Notes under the pieces: model-generated
Seen by the model: the letters and a program-made list of their open reading frames with translations, nothing else
Database searches by the model: none
Told to the model about the DNA's origin: nothing
Origin: Octopus vulgaris
Taxonomy: Eukaryota
DNA: 64,000 nucleotides
Direction: 5' to 3'
Assembly (NCBI GenBank): GCA_951406725.2
Contig: OX597823.1
Location: 95,480,001-95,544,000 of the forward strand
Shown here: positions 1 through 64,000 of the stretch, one piece after another
Layout: the number at the start of each line of letters is the position of its first letter
Numbering within the stretch: the first letter of the stretch is position 1
Translations under genes and position numbers: made by a program

Positions 1-345
1 GGAAACCGGGCCCATAAGCCTGGCTAGGCTTTAAAAGGGCGTAGTGGAGGTGCAATTCCCCAGTGGTTAGGGCAGCGGACTCGTGGTTGGAAGATCGCGG
101 TTTCGATTCCCAAACCAGGCGTTGTGTATGTTTATTGAGCGAAAACGCCTTAAGCACCACAAGGCTCCGGCAGGGGGTGGTGGCAACCCCTGTTGTACTC
201 TTTTGTCCCAACTTTCTCTCACTCTTCCTGTTTCTTGAGTAATGCTGCGATGGACTGTCATCCCGTCCAGCTGGGGGGAACAAATACGCCATAGAAACCG
301 GGAAACCGGGCCTATGAGCCTGTCTAGGCTTGAAAAGGTCGCATA
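1..345 (+). mobile_element. tRNA-derived SINE (43-345) directly preceded by the 3' tail of another copy (1-42)
   Basis: A-box-like CAGTGGTTAG and B-box-like GTTTCGATTCC. The tail GGAAACCGGGCC...AGGCTT occurs at both 1 and 301. The head is shared with 40195-40580. Confidence 0.75.
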
Positions 346-1470
346 AATAAATAAAAAAGATTCATCAGACAACTCCAGTTTGTTGAAATAGAAAAAAAAG
401 GTCTTTATAGAGATTTTACTCAGCTTTTTGAGGCAAACGAAAGTTCCAGTTGCGATTGGCTGAACATAACAAACAAAAGACAGTCATGTGATGTTTCATC
501 CGAGCTGCCTTTCTAGGCTTGCAGAAACACAGTAGTATAACCATTGGAATTCAATATTTTTTTATTGTGAGACAAGTGGCCGGTTGGAAGATTGTGCACA
601 GATACTGACAAGAGGGACATCAAATTATCTGGTAAAATAGGGGTCATTGATTGAATGAAATCCAAGCTTAAGGGGATTTGTCAAACAAATACATGTAAAC
701 ATACACAAGATATTATGTAGTAGTTTGAGGGAGATTCAGCTACTATTTCTAACTGATCTTCCAGACATGCAGAGGTAGTAATATAATGTTGTTATAATAA
801 ATTTGAGGTAGTGATATCATGCTGCTATGAGGAAAGAAGCCATTCTGCTGTGGAGTCTCATCTCAGATGACAAGTCTTGAGGAGTGGCCATCAAATAGGA
901 CATGTGGAATGGTGTGTGTATATCAGTTAAGCCAAGAACTTGCATGAAGTGGGGCAGCCAATTGCACATAGCATCCACATCTAGTGAGAAAATATTAGCA
1001 CTGGCAGAAGGGTGAGTGATGTGGATCTGAGATGTTCAGGTTTCAAGTCATTATTGAAATAACCCTCTTTCAATTGATGCTGATGGATTCTGTTCATCTA
1101 TTTACACGAAGAATAAAATTCTTAGGAGTCTGAAGGGACAAATGTTGAGTGAGAAGGTGCTTGAATTGGACCCTTAATTCAACCCTTACCGACAAACACA
1201 GGTGTCCGGTCACTGGCAAATTTTGGGTGGCACATTTATGGGAATCATCTTGACACTGTTTGGATGGTCATCAGGATTTGACATGGTTTAACATAAGGGG
1301 TGAAATGTTGCAGTGTGGACATGCTTTTCTCTTTCCACTGTCCACTCTACCCTCTATGTTCTTGTGGTAGCCATTGTGAAATAGGAAAGGTGGACTTGGT
1401 CAGAGCTTGACAGTTGCTCTTTCTCTATACTGTATCACTTGTTGTGGGCATCAAAACGTGGTTCTTGCAA

Positions 1471-1534
<64 letters not shown>

Positions 1535-1736
1535 GTTGTGGTTCTGGTTCTATTGTTCTTGTTAATTGTATTGTAGTGGGTGTTTAGCCTCAAATCAATG
1601 CTCATAGACATTTATTGTTGTTGATGGTGGTGTTTGTGTTGATAACCAATCCTAACTTCCCAGACAAATGTCAGAGAAGTTACCCTTGAAAGATCTACAG
1701 GTTTTCTTCACGTACTTAACCCTTATGAAATTATTC

Positions 1737-1848
1737 TATTTATATTATTATCATTGCTATTTTTGTTGTTGTTTTTTCCGTAGTAGTAGTAATAATTGTT
1801 GTTATTAAAATTATTATTGTGATTATTATTATTATCATTATTATTATG

Positions 1849-1900
<52 letters not shown>

Positions 1901-1905
1901 ATTAT
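1737..1905. repeat. (TAA/TTA)n microsatellite
   Basis: Directly visible. Confidence 0.95.
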
Positions 1906-2930
1906 CTTCTTTGAATTTCGCTTCCAATTCTTGCTGAGTGTCTTCCCAACACCTAGAGCAAAGAAACTCATTGTATTCATTGGCAGGTCATCAAAATAAA
2001 CACATCAGATTGTTCATTTACAAAGTCATGAGATAGAAAAAAGGGAAGAAAGACAGGGGAAGGAAAGACATTAAATAAAAAAATGAAAAAGAGGAAACAA
2101 AAACAATGAAAGGGGAAAAGAAAAGGAAAGAGCAACAATCTTCTTCTCAATACTTGTGACCAATTACCAGTTAAGACAACCTTTTGCACTTCCTGCAAGG
2201 GTAGTAAGCCAGGGATTATCTGCAAATCACTTTCAGTTCCCTTTTTAATTATTCTAAGTTCTCCTACAATTACTGGTATTGTAACCGTCTTGATTTCAAT
2301 CAGCAAATCTTTATATTTTCTGAGCTTATCAAGCTTTTTTGCCGAGATACTATGATCACAAGGTATGCTCATGTCAATCAGTGAACAGGTCTTATTGTTT
2401 TGGTCTTTCACAACAATATCTGGTTAATTAGCTTTGATGCTCTGGTCTGTATATACTGGAAAGTCCCAAAGGACCGTTACGTTTTCTCCCTCAGTTCCAG
2501 CCTCACGATGGTGCTTATACCATTTGTCAGCAGCTTTGATTTGATAATGCTGACAGGTTAACTAGTGTGGATATTGACCAACTCTGTCATGTTTAGATTT
2601 ATACTCTACTGGTGCTAAAACCTTACACCCAGAGATAAAGTGGTCCACTGTTTCAATCCCATCGTTGCAGTATTGGCACTTTGGGTCTGCACCATTTTTC
2701 AATACATTGGTTTGATAGTTCCAGATCAATAAGCTCTGATCTTGAGCAGCCAAACTAAAGCCATCGCTCTCTGCCTTTAGCTCTGTGCTCCATGGCCACT
2801 GAAGGGTGTGCTTCTGGTCTACATCAGCTTATTTACTAAGGGCCACATATTTGCCATGCAGAGGGTTTTGTTTCCAACTATCAACCAATTGTTCAAACGC
2901 ATTTTGCTTTGCCATTGATTTCATCATCAC
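1905..2930 (-). mobile_element. 3' fragment of an R4/Dong-like non-LTR retrotransposon (CCHC + restriction-like endonuclease), degenerate
   Basis: AAQDQSL...CQYC...ETVDHFISGC..LA..EY..KHDRV, then WDFP..TD..IKAN*PDIVV...LIDMSIP (PD..D RLE core). It abuts a (TAA)n array. Confidence 0.8.
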
Positions 2931-3405
2931 CATCATCATCATTAGGGCAGCAAGCTGGGTGATTTGTTAGCACACTTCCAATTTCTACTTCCTCTTCTTT
3001 CTTTTAACAGTTACAACAGCGAAAGCTGATTCAGTCATTTTCTCAGTCAGAAGATCCGTTTCCGTGGTTGCTTCGGAGCTATTTTTAGCACTAGAGTTAT
3101 CCACATAGTGGATAACTCTCTAATAATTTATGTATAAATTTGTATTTTCTCCGTAGTTTTTTGTGCTAAGCCACTTGGTGTTAAATTGACGGTATTATTA
3201 AATTAATATCGATTTTTCACCCTCATTTATAATTCTATAAATTTAACCATGCGGCAGTTAATATTTTATTTGATGCGGCATACGTTTCCAATGGAGTCTA
3301 GGCATGCTTTTGGCGCGGAATTTGAGACATAACTAAAAATGTAATTGGTTGGACCGCTCGTGTTTTTGACGCCCGAATCGATCTAATTAATTGCATTTCT
3401 GACAA

Positions 3406-3481
3406 ACTCTACCGAAGATTTATGGATGCAAGTGTAAGTAAAACTACATATTGCATTAGTAATGAAACAATTGTATAGAGT
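3406..3481 (+). ncRNA. type-I hammerhead ribozyme-like motif (variant core)
   Basis: actcta-CCGAAGA-long stem II (atgcaa/ttgcat)-GAAA-caattg-TA-tagagt. 6-bp stem I; core has T>C relative to CTGANGA. Confidence 0.6.
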
Positions 3482-3677
3482 CAATCTATTTTATTCGTTG
3501 TATTTCACTTTCCTTCAGTTAAATGTGTGTTGATTCTAGTTGGAAACGGATCTTCTGTGGTTGCTTCGGAGCTATTTTTAGCACTAGAGTTATCCAATAA
3601 TTTATATATATATATATATATATATATACATAATTATACACACACATATATATACTTATATCATATATATATATATA

Positions 3678-3714
<37 letters not shown>

Positions 3715-3752
3715 ATATATGTGTGTGTGTATTTGTATATGTATATATGTAC

Positions 3753-3795
<43 letters not shown>

Positions 3796-3861
3796 GTATG
3801 TAAATATAATATAAACATATTGTTATATATTTATGTGTATGTATTATGTATGTATACGTGA

Positions 3862-3896
<35 letters not shown>

Positions 3897-4909
3897 TGCA
3901 CACACATATATATATATATATTTATACATCGGTAGTATCAGAAAGTTCCCAGATTTGCTCTGTAGCATGCCAACAGATGGCAGCACGTAGCTCTATGTGC
4001 AGTGAGAGATAATAGTAACTTCACTTCCCGAGCGTTAAACTAATACATTTGTATTATACCACCTGTCTTTGTTTTGTGTTTTTTTTTTGTGAATTCTCCC
4101 TATACATATATTAAAAACATTGACTAGAGAACTAACATCATATTCGAGTTAACGACTTTATACAAAACACCACGCCTCCAACCATTTGATCATATATATA
4201 TATTACCATGGTCTTTCAACACACACACACACACATATAAGAAATGAAATACAAAACAATAAATTGAGCAATTATAAATTCAATTCAATTTAAATATTTA
4301 AGCATATCTATCTATCTGATGAAGCATCATTACATATTTAAACAGATTTGATTATTCTAGAAAAACCTCGTTTTATTAATGAAGCGGAAACAGCTGTAAT
4401 TCGTGAGATGTGCCATTTGTTTGGATAAAATGTTTAAATTGTTCTGAATTTCTAATTGTTCAAATTATTGTTTTGTTTTCCATTTGTTATTTATATTTAT
4501 ATATAAATTGTATCTTCATTTTTTATTTACCTGTTGGAATAACATTGTTATTGATATAAGTAATATAAACCAATAAATTCTTCTGGTACTTAATATCCCT
4601 TAGGTGTATTTACACCTAGCTAAACTGTTATATATATATATATATATATATGCATATATGATTATAACAAAGAGGGTCTTTGCAACAAGTTGCTAGACCA
4701 CATACCGAAAGTATTAGAAATAGCAGCCAGAAGACTGTTATTTCTTTTACTACAAAAATATATCTCCACAGACAACAGTATTTGCAACTCACTATGCGCC
4801 AAAAAAGAAGAAAAATACCGAAATCAAACAGTCCACGGTCAATTATGGACGTACGTTTCTGGATTAGAATCAAAGATTCATTTCCTTCATCAACATAATG
4901 TTCCGGTAA

Positions 4910-4940
<31 letters not shown>

Positions 4941-5003
4941 GCAATAATAATTCTCTAAACGAGATATAGACAGTAACTGCTCCATAACATAAGGGACGTT
5001 AGC

Positions 5004-5154
5004 CATCTGAATGTGGCTAGGGACAGGGCAGGGCGGTGGGGGTGTTACTGATGCATTTAGCCCCAGGCGATCTGGTGACGTTGACGATCGCCTGGGGCTA
5101 AATGCATCAGTAACACCCCCACCGCCCTGCCCTGTCCCTAGCCACATTCAGATG
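5004..5154. repeat. Perfect GC-rich inverted repeat, 69-bp arms, 13-nt loop
   Basis: 5004-5072 is the exact reverse complement of 5086-5154. Confidence 0.95.
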
Positions 5155-5165
5155 TAACGCTATAT

Positions 5166-5206
<41 letters not shown>

Positions 5207-5238
5207 GGAAAAAAGCAACAAGAATGGATCAATATATT

Positions 5239-5320
5239 GGTACAATTGTTTCGTACGAAGACATCTTTAATAAGGCTACAAAAATTGCAGTAAATATAGG
5301 TAACTCGTACTCATCAGCCG
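5239..5320 (-). ncRNA. type-I hammerhead ribozyme
   Basis: Minus strand: gg-CTGATGA-gtacga...tcgtac-GAAA-caattg-TA-cc. Canonical core, short stem I, same family as 10112. Confidence 0.7.
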
Positions 5321-6519
5321 AAAAAACATCCGAGATTCCCAAACATCAAAGGGGGTAATGTTACACTCGTGAAACATCATGGAAAGTTCTATAAAAATGA
5401 GAATTTAGATAACAAATTGGTTTCTAAAAGTTCAATTAGTATTACACAGTCATATATCAGGTTTTTAAAAAATTTTTTCAAAACCTCTTAGTTTTCCAGA
5501 AAGTGAAGATGAAAGTGAGGGTGTGAGTTTATCCATATTGAAGAAACTTTTATTCATGGAGATCTGATGAGAGGTATCGTACTCACAGAATATGTGTTTG
5601 TCCATATATAGTTCATAGTAAAGTGTGATTCGAGGTGTGTGAAGATATTTTGGATACAATTGTGCGAAATTTCTGAAAACTGCTGTGTTATAATCCGAGG
5701 AAGAAGCGTAGCGACAGTCTTATAGTAGAGACGAACAGGCTGCTATAGAAATCTGCAAGAACCACAGGGCTAAAGGAAGAATGTTGAATTTGACCAACTA
5801 CTGCTATTAATTGCTATATAAAGAGGAAATGGGAAGGTGAAAAGGTGGGGGGGTCAAATGTTGTTACTATAGGAAAACATCTTAGCGTATTTGGTGCAAA
5901 ATTCGAACGAAGGTCATTTAATTTATTTCTTTATTTATTAATGTTACTATTAATAGATTGCTAGGTTATGGGGATACAATAAGAGGTCAGAAGAAAGGAA
6001 ATGGAGTTATTTTCCTAATGAAACCGTTATATTATAGGTTTGGGATTAGCAAAATTTGTTATTAGTGTAAAAGAACTAAGAAGTTTAATTAACTAATTTA
6101 CTATAAGTAGGTTTACTTAAGATAGACTAAAAATGAGAAAGAAATAATTTAAATTATCTACATAGTCTAATAGAATGAAGTTTTAAATCAATTAACTTAT
6201 ATCTATAAGTATCACCTAGTATAGTTAGAGAGAGAATATAATCATAGCTAATTAGATCGTAGCTGTCTAATTAAATATATAATATAATATGTAAGAGTAA
6301 TGTTTTATTCAAAGTGATTTTTTATATATACTGTTATCATTTAAAATATCACTTAAAATATTTAAGAGTCTTAGTCCTAGCGTGTATACAAGAGAGATAC
6401 CCAGTTCAATCCTGCTGTTCAATAAAATATCATTATTTTTTCTATACATTAGTATTTCAAATGTTTCCACGGAGCAAAGTTGACAACCTATTCTGCTATT
6501 TTTATAAGGTATCGCTTTT

Positions 6520-6575
<56 letters not shown>

Positions 6576-6625
6576 GTAGAGAGAAAACCACTAATAGGAA
6601 AATCAATATAAAGTTATATATATAT

Positions 6626-8011
6626 ACTAGCATTATGACCCGTCGTTGCCGGGTCATAGTGCTAGTGCATGTATATATGTGTATATATATGTGTACATAT
6701 TACATGTACATCTATATATATACATCTACACATAAAATACAAAATACAAAGTTATATCTTGATATCGCTGGTGATAACAATACTGAAAATATATAACAGA
6801 CTGGAATTGTAAGACTATTCCATTTCTGCACGCTAATTTTATTTTTAACTAGCATTATGACCCGTCGTTGCCGGGTCATAGTGCTAGTGCATGTATATAT
6901 GTGTATATATATGTGTACATATTACATGTAATTCTATATATATATACATCTACACATAAAATACAAAATACAAAGTTATATCTTGATATCGCTAGTTATA
7001 ACAATACTCAAAATATATAACAGACTGGAATTGTAAGCCCATCTCTTGCAATTTCGATCAATTGTATTTTGTCCTCCCTCTTGTATAGAAGTGTGGCTAC
7101 AATCCAGTCTACCTCAACTTCTGGTGAGAGGGGGACATTTTAAATTTTTATCCGGTACGTCCTACGTCCCAGATATAAAGGTAAAAATAAAATATTTCCA
7201 CTTTGCAAGTTCGAGTCGAGTACTCCCTTGCACGCTCCGTTGACTCGAAACTTGCTTCAATTGTGGCGAATTTACCGCACACAAGTCGCACCAAGACACT
7301 TTTCGATGGTGCTTTCCTCCAGGTGTTCAAATCTTCTTTTTTCTCTACGTTGTATACTTTATAGACAATAGACTTTTCTTTAATTTAATTTTTTTATTAT
7401 CCAACAGGACTATTCTATTTCTGCACGCTAATTTTATTTTTAATTTATTCCCATTCATGTGAAACCACTTATTCAAGTTCAAATCATTGATGCAATTTTA
7501 TACCAATCGCTATTTTTACTTTTGTTATGTTACGATTATATTATTCTTTAGTTTGATTTTAATTATTACTTACTACATATAATTCAATTGTTATTATTAG
7601 TTTTATTATTAAAGTGAAAGTATCTGACATAAAATAGAGAAATGTTTTTGTTTCACTTTTAACACGTAATACTGAAATAGTGGAGAAGGTATTATATTGC
7701 TATGGGCTCCCCCTAGGCAAGAAGTTGAACATTTTTTTGCCCTTGAAACTACATGAACCTTAAGTAAGACATGTGTAAAATTAGAATGAAATTGATTGTG
7801 TAGTTCTCGAGATTTAGGGAATCGTAGAGGAGAAGATATGATATTGCTGTGGGCTCGCCCTAGGCAAAAAGTTCAACATTCTTTTTGCCGATGACAATCC
7901 CCGAACCCTAAGTAAGGCATGTGTAAAATTTGAATGAAATTGGTTGTATAGTTCTTAAGTTTTAGGGAAACACACATATAGAAAGACAGACAGACACACA
8001 CACATTCTCAG

Positions 8012-8020
<9 letters not shown>
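6626..8020 (-). mobile_element. Probable non-autonomous Helitron with duplicated 3' end
   Basis: Minus-strand GC hairpin followed by CTAG-T at 6626 and 6848 (222-bp tandem unit). The other end (TATATATAACTGAGAATGTGTGTGTGTCTGTCTG) resembles invertebrate Helitron 5' ends. No Rep/helicase ORF seen. Confidence 0.55.
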
Positions 8021-8052
<32 letters not shown>

Positions 8053-8208
8053 ATTATATATATATATATATATATATAGATATGCATATATGTATTTATG
8101 TGTGTATATATGTATATATATAAATACACACACACACTCACACACATATAAGCATATGCCTTTACAATCCTATAGTGCATTAATATCATTTCTTGTGTCC
8201 ACTTTTAT

Positions 8209-8209
8209 G

Positions 8210-8286
<77 letters not shown>

Positions 8287-8354
8287 ATCTATCTCTGTCT
8301 CTCTGTCTCTCTGTCTGCCGGACTGCCTGCTTGTCTGTCTGTCTAACTGTGTGC

Positions 8355-8393
<39 letters not shown>

Positions 8394-8490
8394 GATACAT
8401 ACATACATACATACATACATACATACATACATACATACATACATACATACATACATACATACATACATACATACATACATACATACATAC
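8209..8490. repeat. (ATCT)n and (ACAT)n microsatellites in the presumed 3' UTR region
   Basis: Directly visible. Confidence 0.95.
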
Positions 8491-8553
8491 GTACGTACTA
8501 TCACGTATGTATATACATACATACACATATAAGTATATACATACATACGTACA

Positions 8554-61922
<53,369 letters not shown>

Positions 61923-62223
61923 GGTGAACAAATCTCTCAGAACAAATGTGTCGTCTCCTTGAAGCAATTTCTAAATGTGTCTGTCTCTGCCTCCTTTAAT
62001 CATACATATATGTATCAGGTGCGCAAGTGAGAGTACTTGTAGGAGTATGATATGGGGAAGAGGGGGAAATGTGAATGAAAGACAACTATTTGTGATCGGG
62101 TGTTGAATGGGAGTGAGAGGGGAGGGAAAAAGACAAAGAGAAAAATAGTGTATGTGTGTGTGTGTGCATAAATGTATATAAATCTATATCCCTTTTAGAG
62201 AATTATTATTGCTATATATATAC

Positions 62224-62811
62224 TGTTTTTTTAATTTTCTCCTGGTTTACGGAATTAATGTTGTTTTGCGGTTGAAGCCTTGGCTGTTATTTCTAGTGGG
62301 TGAATGGCCTATTATGGCCGTTCCTTGATTTTGCTGTTGAATTTATAAATGGTCTATGACTATTTAATTTTTTCCCACTAGGCCGCTGGTGGCAAAAAAA
62401 TTCTGCGAAATTTTTTGCCACCCTATATTGATTAATTATGAATTTTCTGGTTAATTCCGTAATGGAATCGGCGGCTTATATTTGCTGCCGATAAATTTGG
62501 CGCGAGTGCGATGATTTGAAAATTTTAGGTTAGATATTGCCGAGACAGTGATGGAAGTGCCTCGTGTAAATATCTGCTCCGATCTGGCCGTTCTTTACTG
62601 ATGAATCTATCGGCCTATGGAAGACTAGCTTGATTTAATTTAATCAGGTTAGTTTACCATTAAACAATAGACGAAACGGTGCATCGTATAAAGAATTACA
62701 GGGTAAATGTTTTTTTAATTTTCTCCTGGTTTACGGAATTAATGTTGTTTTGCGGTTGAAGCCTTGGCTGTTATTTCTAGTGGGTGAATGGCCTATTATG
62801 GCCGTTCCTTG

Positions 62812-62817
<6 letters not shown>
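62224..62817 (+). mobile_element. Partial-tandem hammerhead module (retrozyme/pseudo-LTR-like): ~485-bp unit plus ~108-bp direct repeat
   Basis: 62224-62332 is repeated at 62708-62817; TA-rich sequence on both sides. Confidence 0.78.
62591..62695 (+). ncRNA. type-I hammerhead ribozyme with extended stem II
   Basis: ttcttta-CTGATGA-atctat...actagcttgatt/aatcaggttagt...atagac-GAAA-cggtgcatcg-TA-taaagaa. 7-bp stem I, 4-bp stem III. Confidence 0.88.
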
Positions 62818-62857
<40 letters not shown>

Positions 62858-63559
62858 TTTATCCCGTAATGGTTGGATGCATTTTTTTTGTAATTTTTGT
62901 ATTCAATACACTTGTTCCAATATCTATGTATGCGTCTATGAAATTGTATCTATGTATATGTGTCTATATATTTGTATCTATGTATCTATGTATATGTATT
63001 TAAATTAGATATACATAGACATGACAGAAGTAAATAGACGCCCTTATAATCCTTAAAATACGAAATACATTAAATTAAAGTTTCAGAATATCACTTCTGG
63101 AAGCTCATATCTTTTTATTAGAAAAATCTACATGGTGCTGTATTTCGAGTCCTTCAGAATGCTGCCAGTTGGTGGTGATGGCCACTTTGTAAAAGTGGTG
63201 ATATTTTGAAAGTTCCATGTATTTCAATTTTTCTTTCCATTTTATTTCAGCAGGAAAAGCTCGTCTTAAATGGCCGAAACCAGTTCATATTTTCTTTGCT
63301 TTTTGCCATATTAAAGCTCACTAAGCATTTCCATCTTCTTAGTTTTTCCAACACACAAACACACACATATACACACATACACACACATATATATACACAT
63401 ACATATATATGTATATATTCATATATATATCCACACATATATATACATGCACATATAAATACATATATATATACACACATATGCATAATTATACACACAC
63501 ACACATATATATATATACATTTATATACATATATATAATTACATATATACATATACATG

Positions 63560-63596
<37 letters not shown>

Positions 63597-63679
63597 ATGC
63601 GTGTTTGTATATATACATATATATATATACATCATGCGTGTATTTATGCTTTGTTGTTCTTTTAGGTCTTTTTGCAAAT

Positions 63680-63930
63680 CACTTCTATTTGCAAACCCAA
63701 CACCACCTTTCATTATCTCTCCCTTCGGTTTCCCAGCCCAGAATAATGTGAAACCCGCCGCTCTTTCGACAGGATGATCTTCATCTGAACATCTTGTTTC
63801 AGAAAGGGTTGCGATATCAACATTAAGACGCCTTAGTTCCTTAGTGACTAGAGTTGTTCTTCTTTCAGGCCTATCTGCTCGATCTAAAAGGGTTCTCACA
63901 TTCCCACAGGTCAGGTTAAAACAAACCATA
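63680..63930 (-). mobile_element. 5' (APE endonuclease) fragment of an RTE LINE
   Basis: NVRTLLD...ERRTTLV.KELRRLNVDIATLSETR...FTLFWAG....GGVGFA. Confidence 0.85.
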
Positions 63931-64000
63931 TTCCTTGCTTACTTGTTATCTTGTTTATATCAGTTCTTTGTTCATTCCTGCAAAATTGAAATACATCCGA

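Overview
AT-rich, microsatellite-laden animal genomic DNA. The SINE types and repeat content suggest an octopus or other coleoid cephalopod (inference). One host gene was found: a 10-coding-exon SLC22 (organic cation/carnitine transporter-like, MFS) gene on the minus strand (61922->8554). Its hand-assembled exons give a continuous 1662-nt CDS (553 aa) with GT-AG introns. The introns and flanks are packed with decayed mobile elements: mariner/Tc1/pogo DNA transposons, a probable non-autonomous Helitron, CR1-group, RTE and R4/Dong-like LINE pieces, a Ty3/gypsy gag remnant, three ORF1-only zinc-knuckle elements, several tRNA-derived SINE families and three Penelope-like (RT + C-terminal GIY-YIG) pieces. 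The main unexplained signal is non-coding: about 17 type-I hammerhead-ribozyme-like motifs (CTGANGA-stem II-GAAA-short stem III-TH-stem I). About 7 have an intact core and a closing stem I. They lie in short modules arranged as inverted or partial-tandem duplications, often embedded in (TA)n. One module carries a tRNA-derived Pol III head, making it a candidate SINE/retrozyme hybrid mobilised by Penelope machinery. All calls are by eye; no database searches were run.
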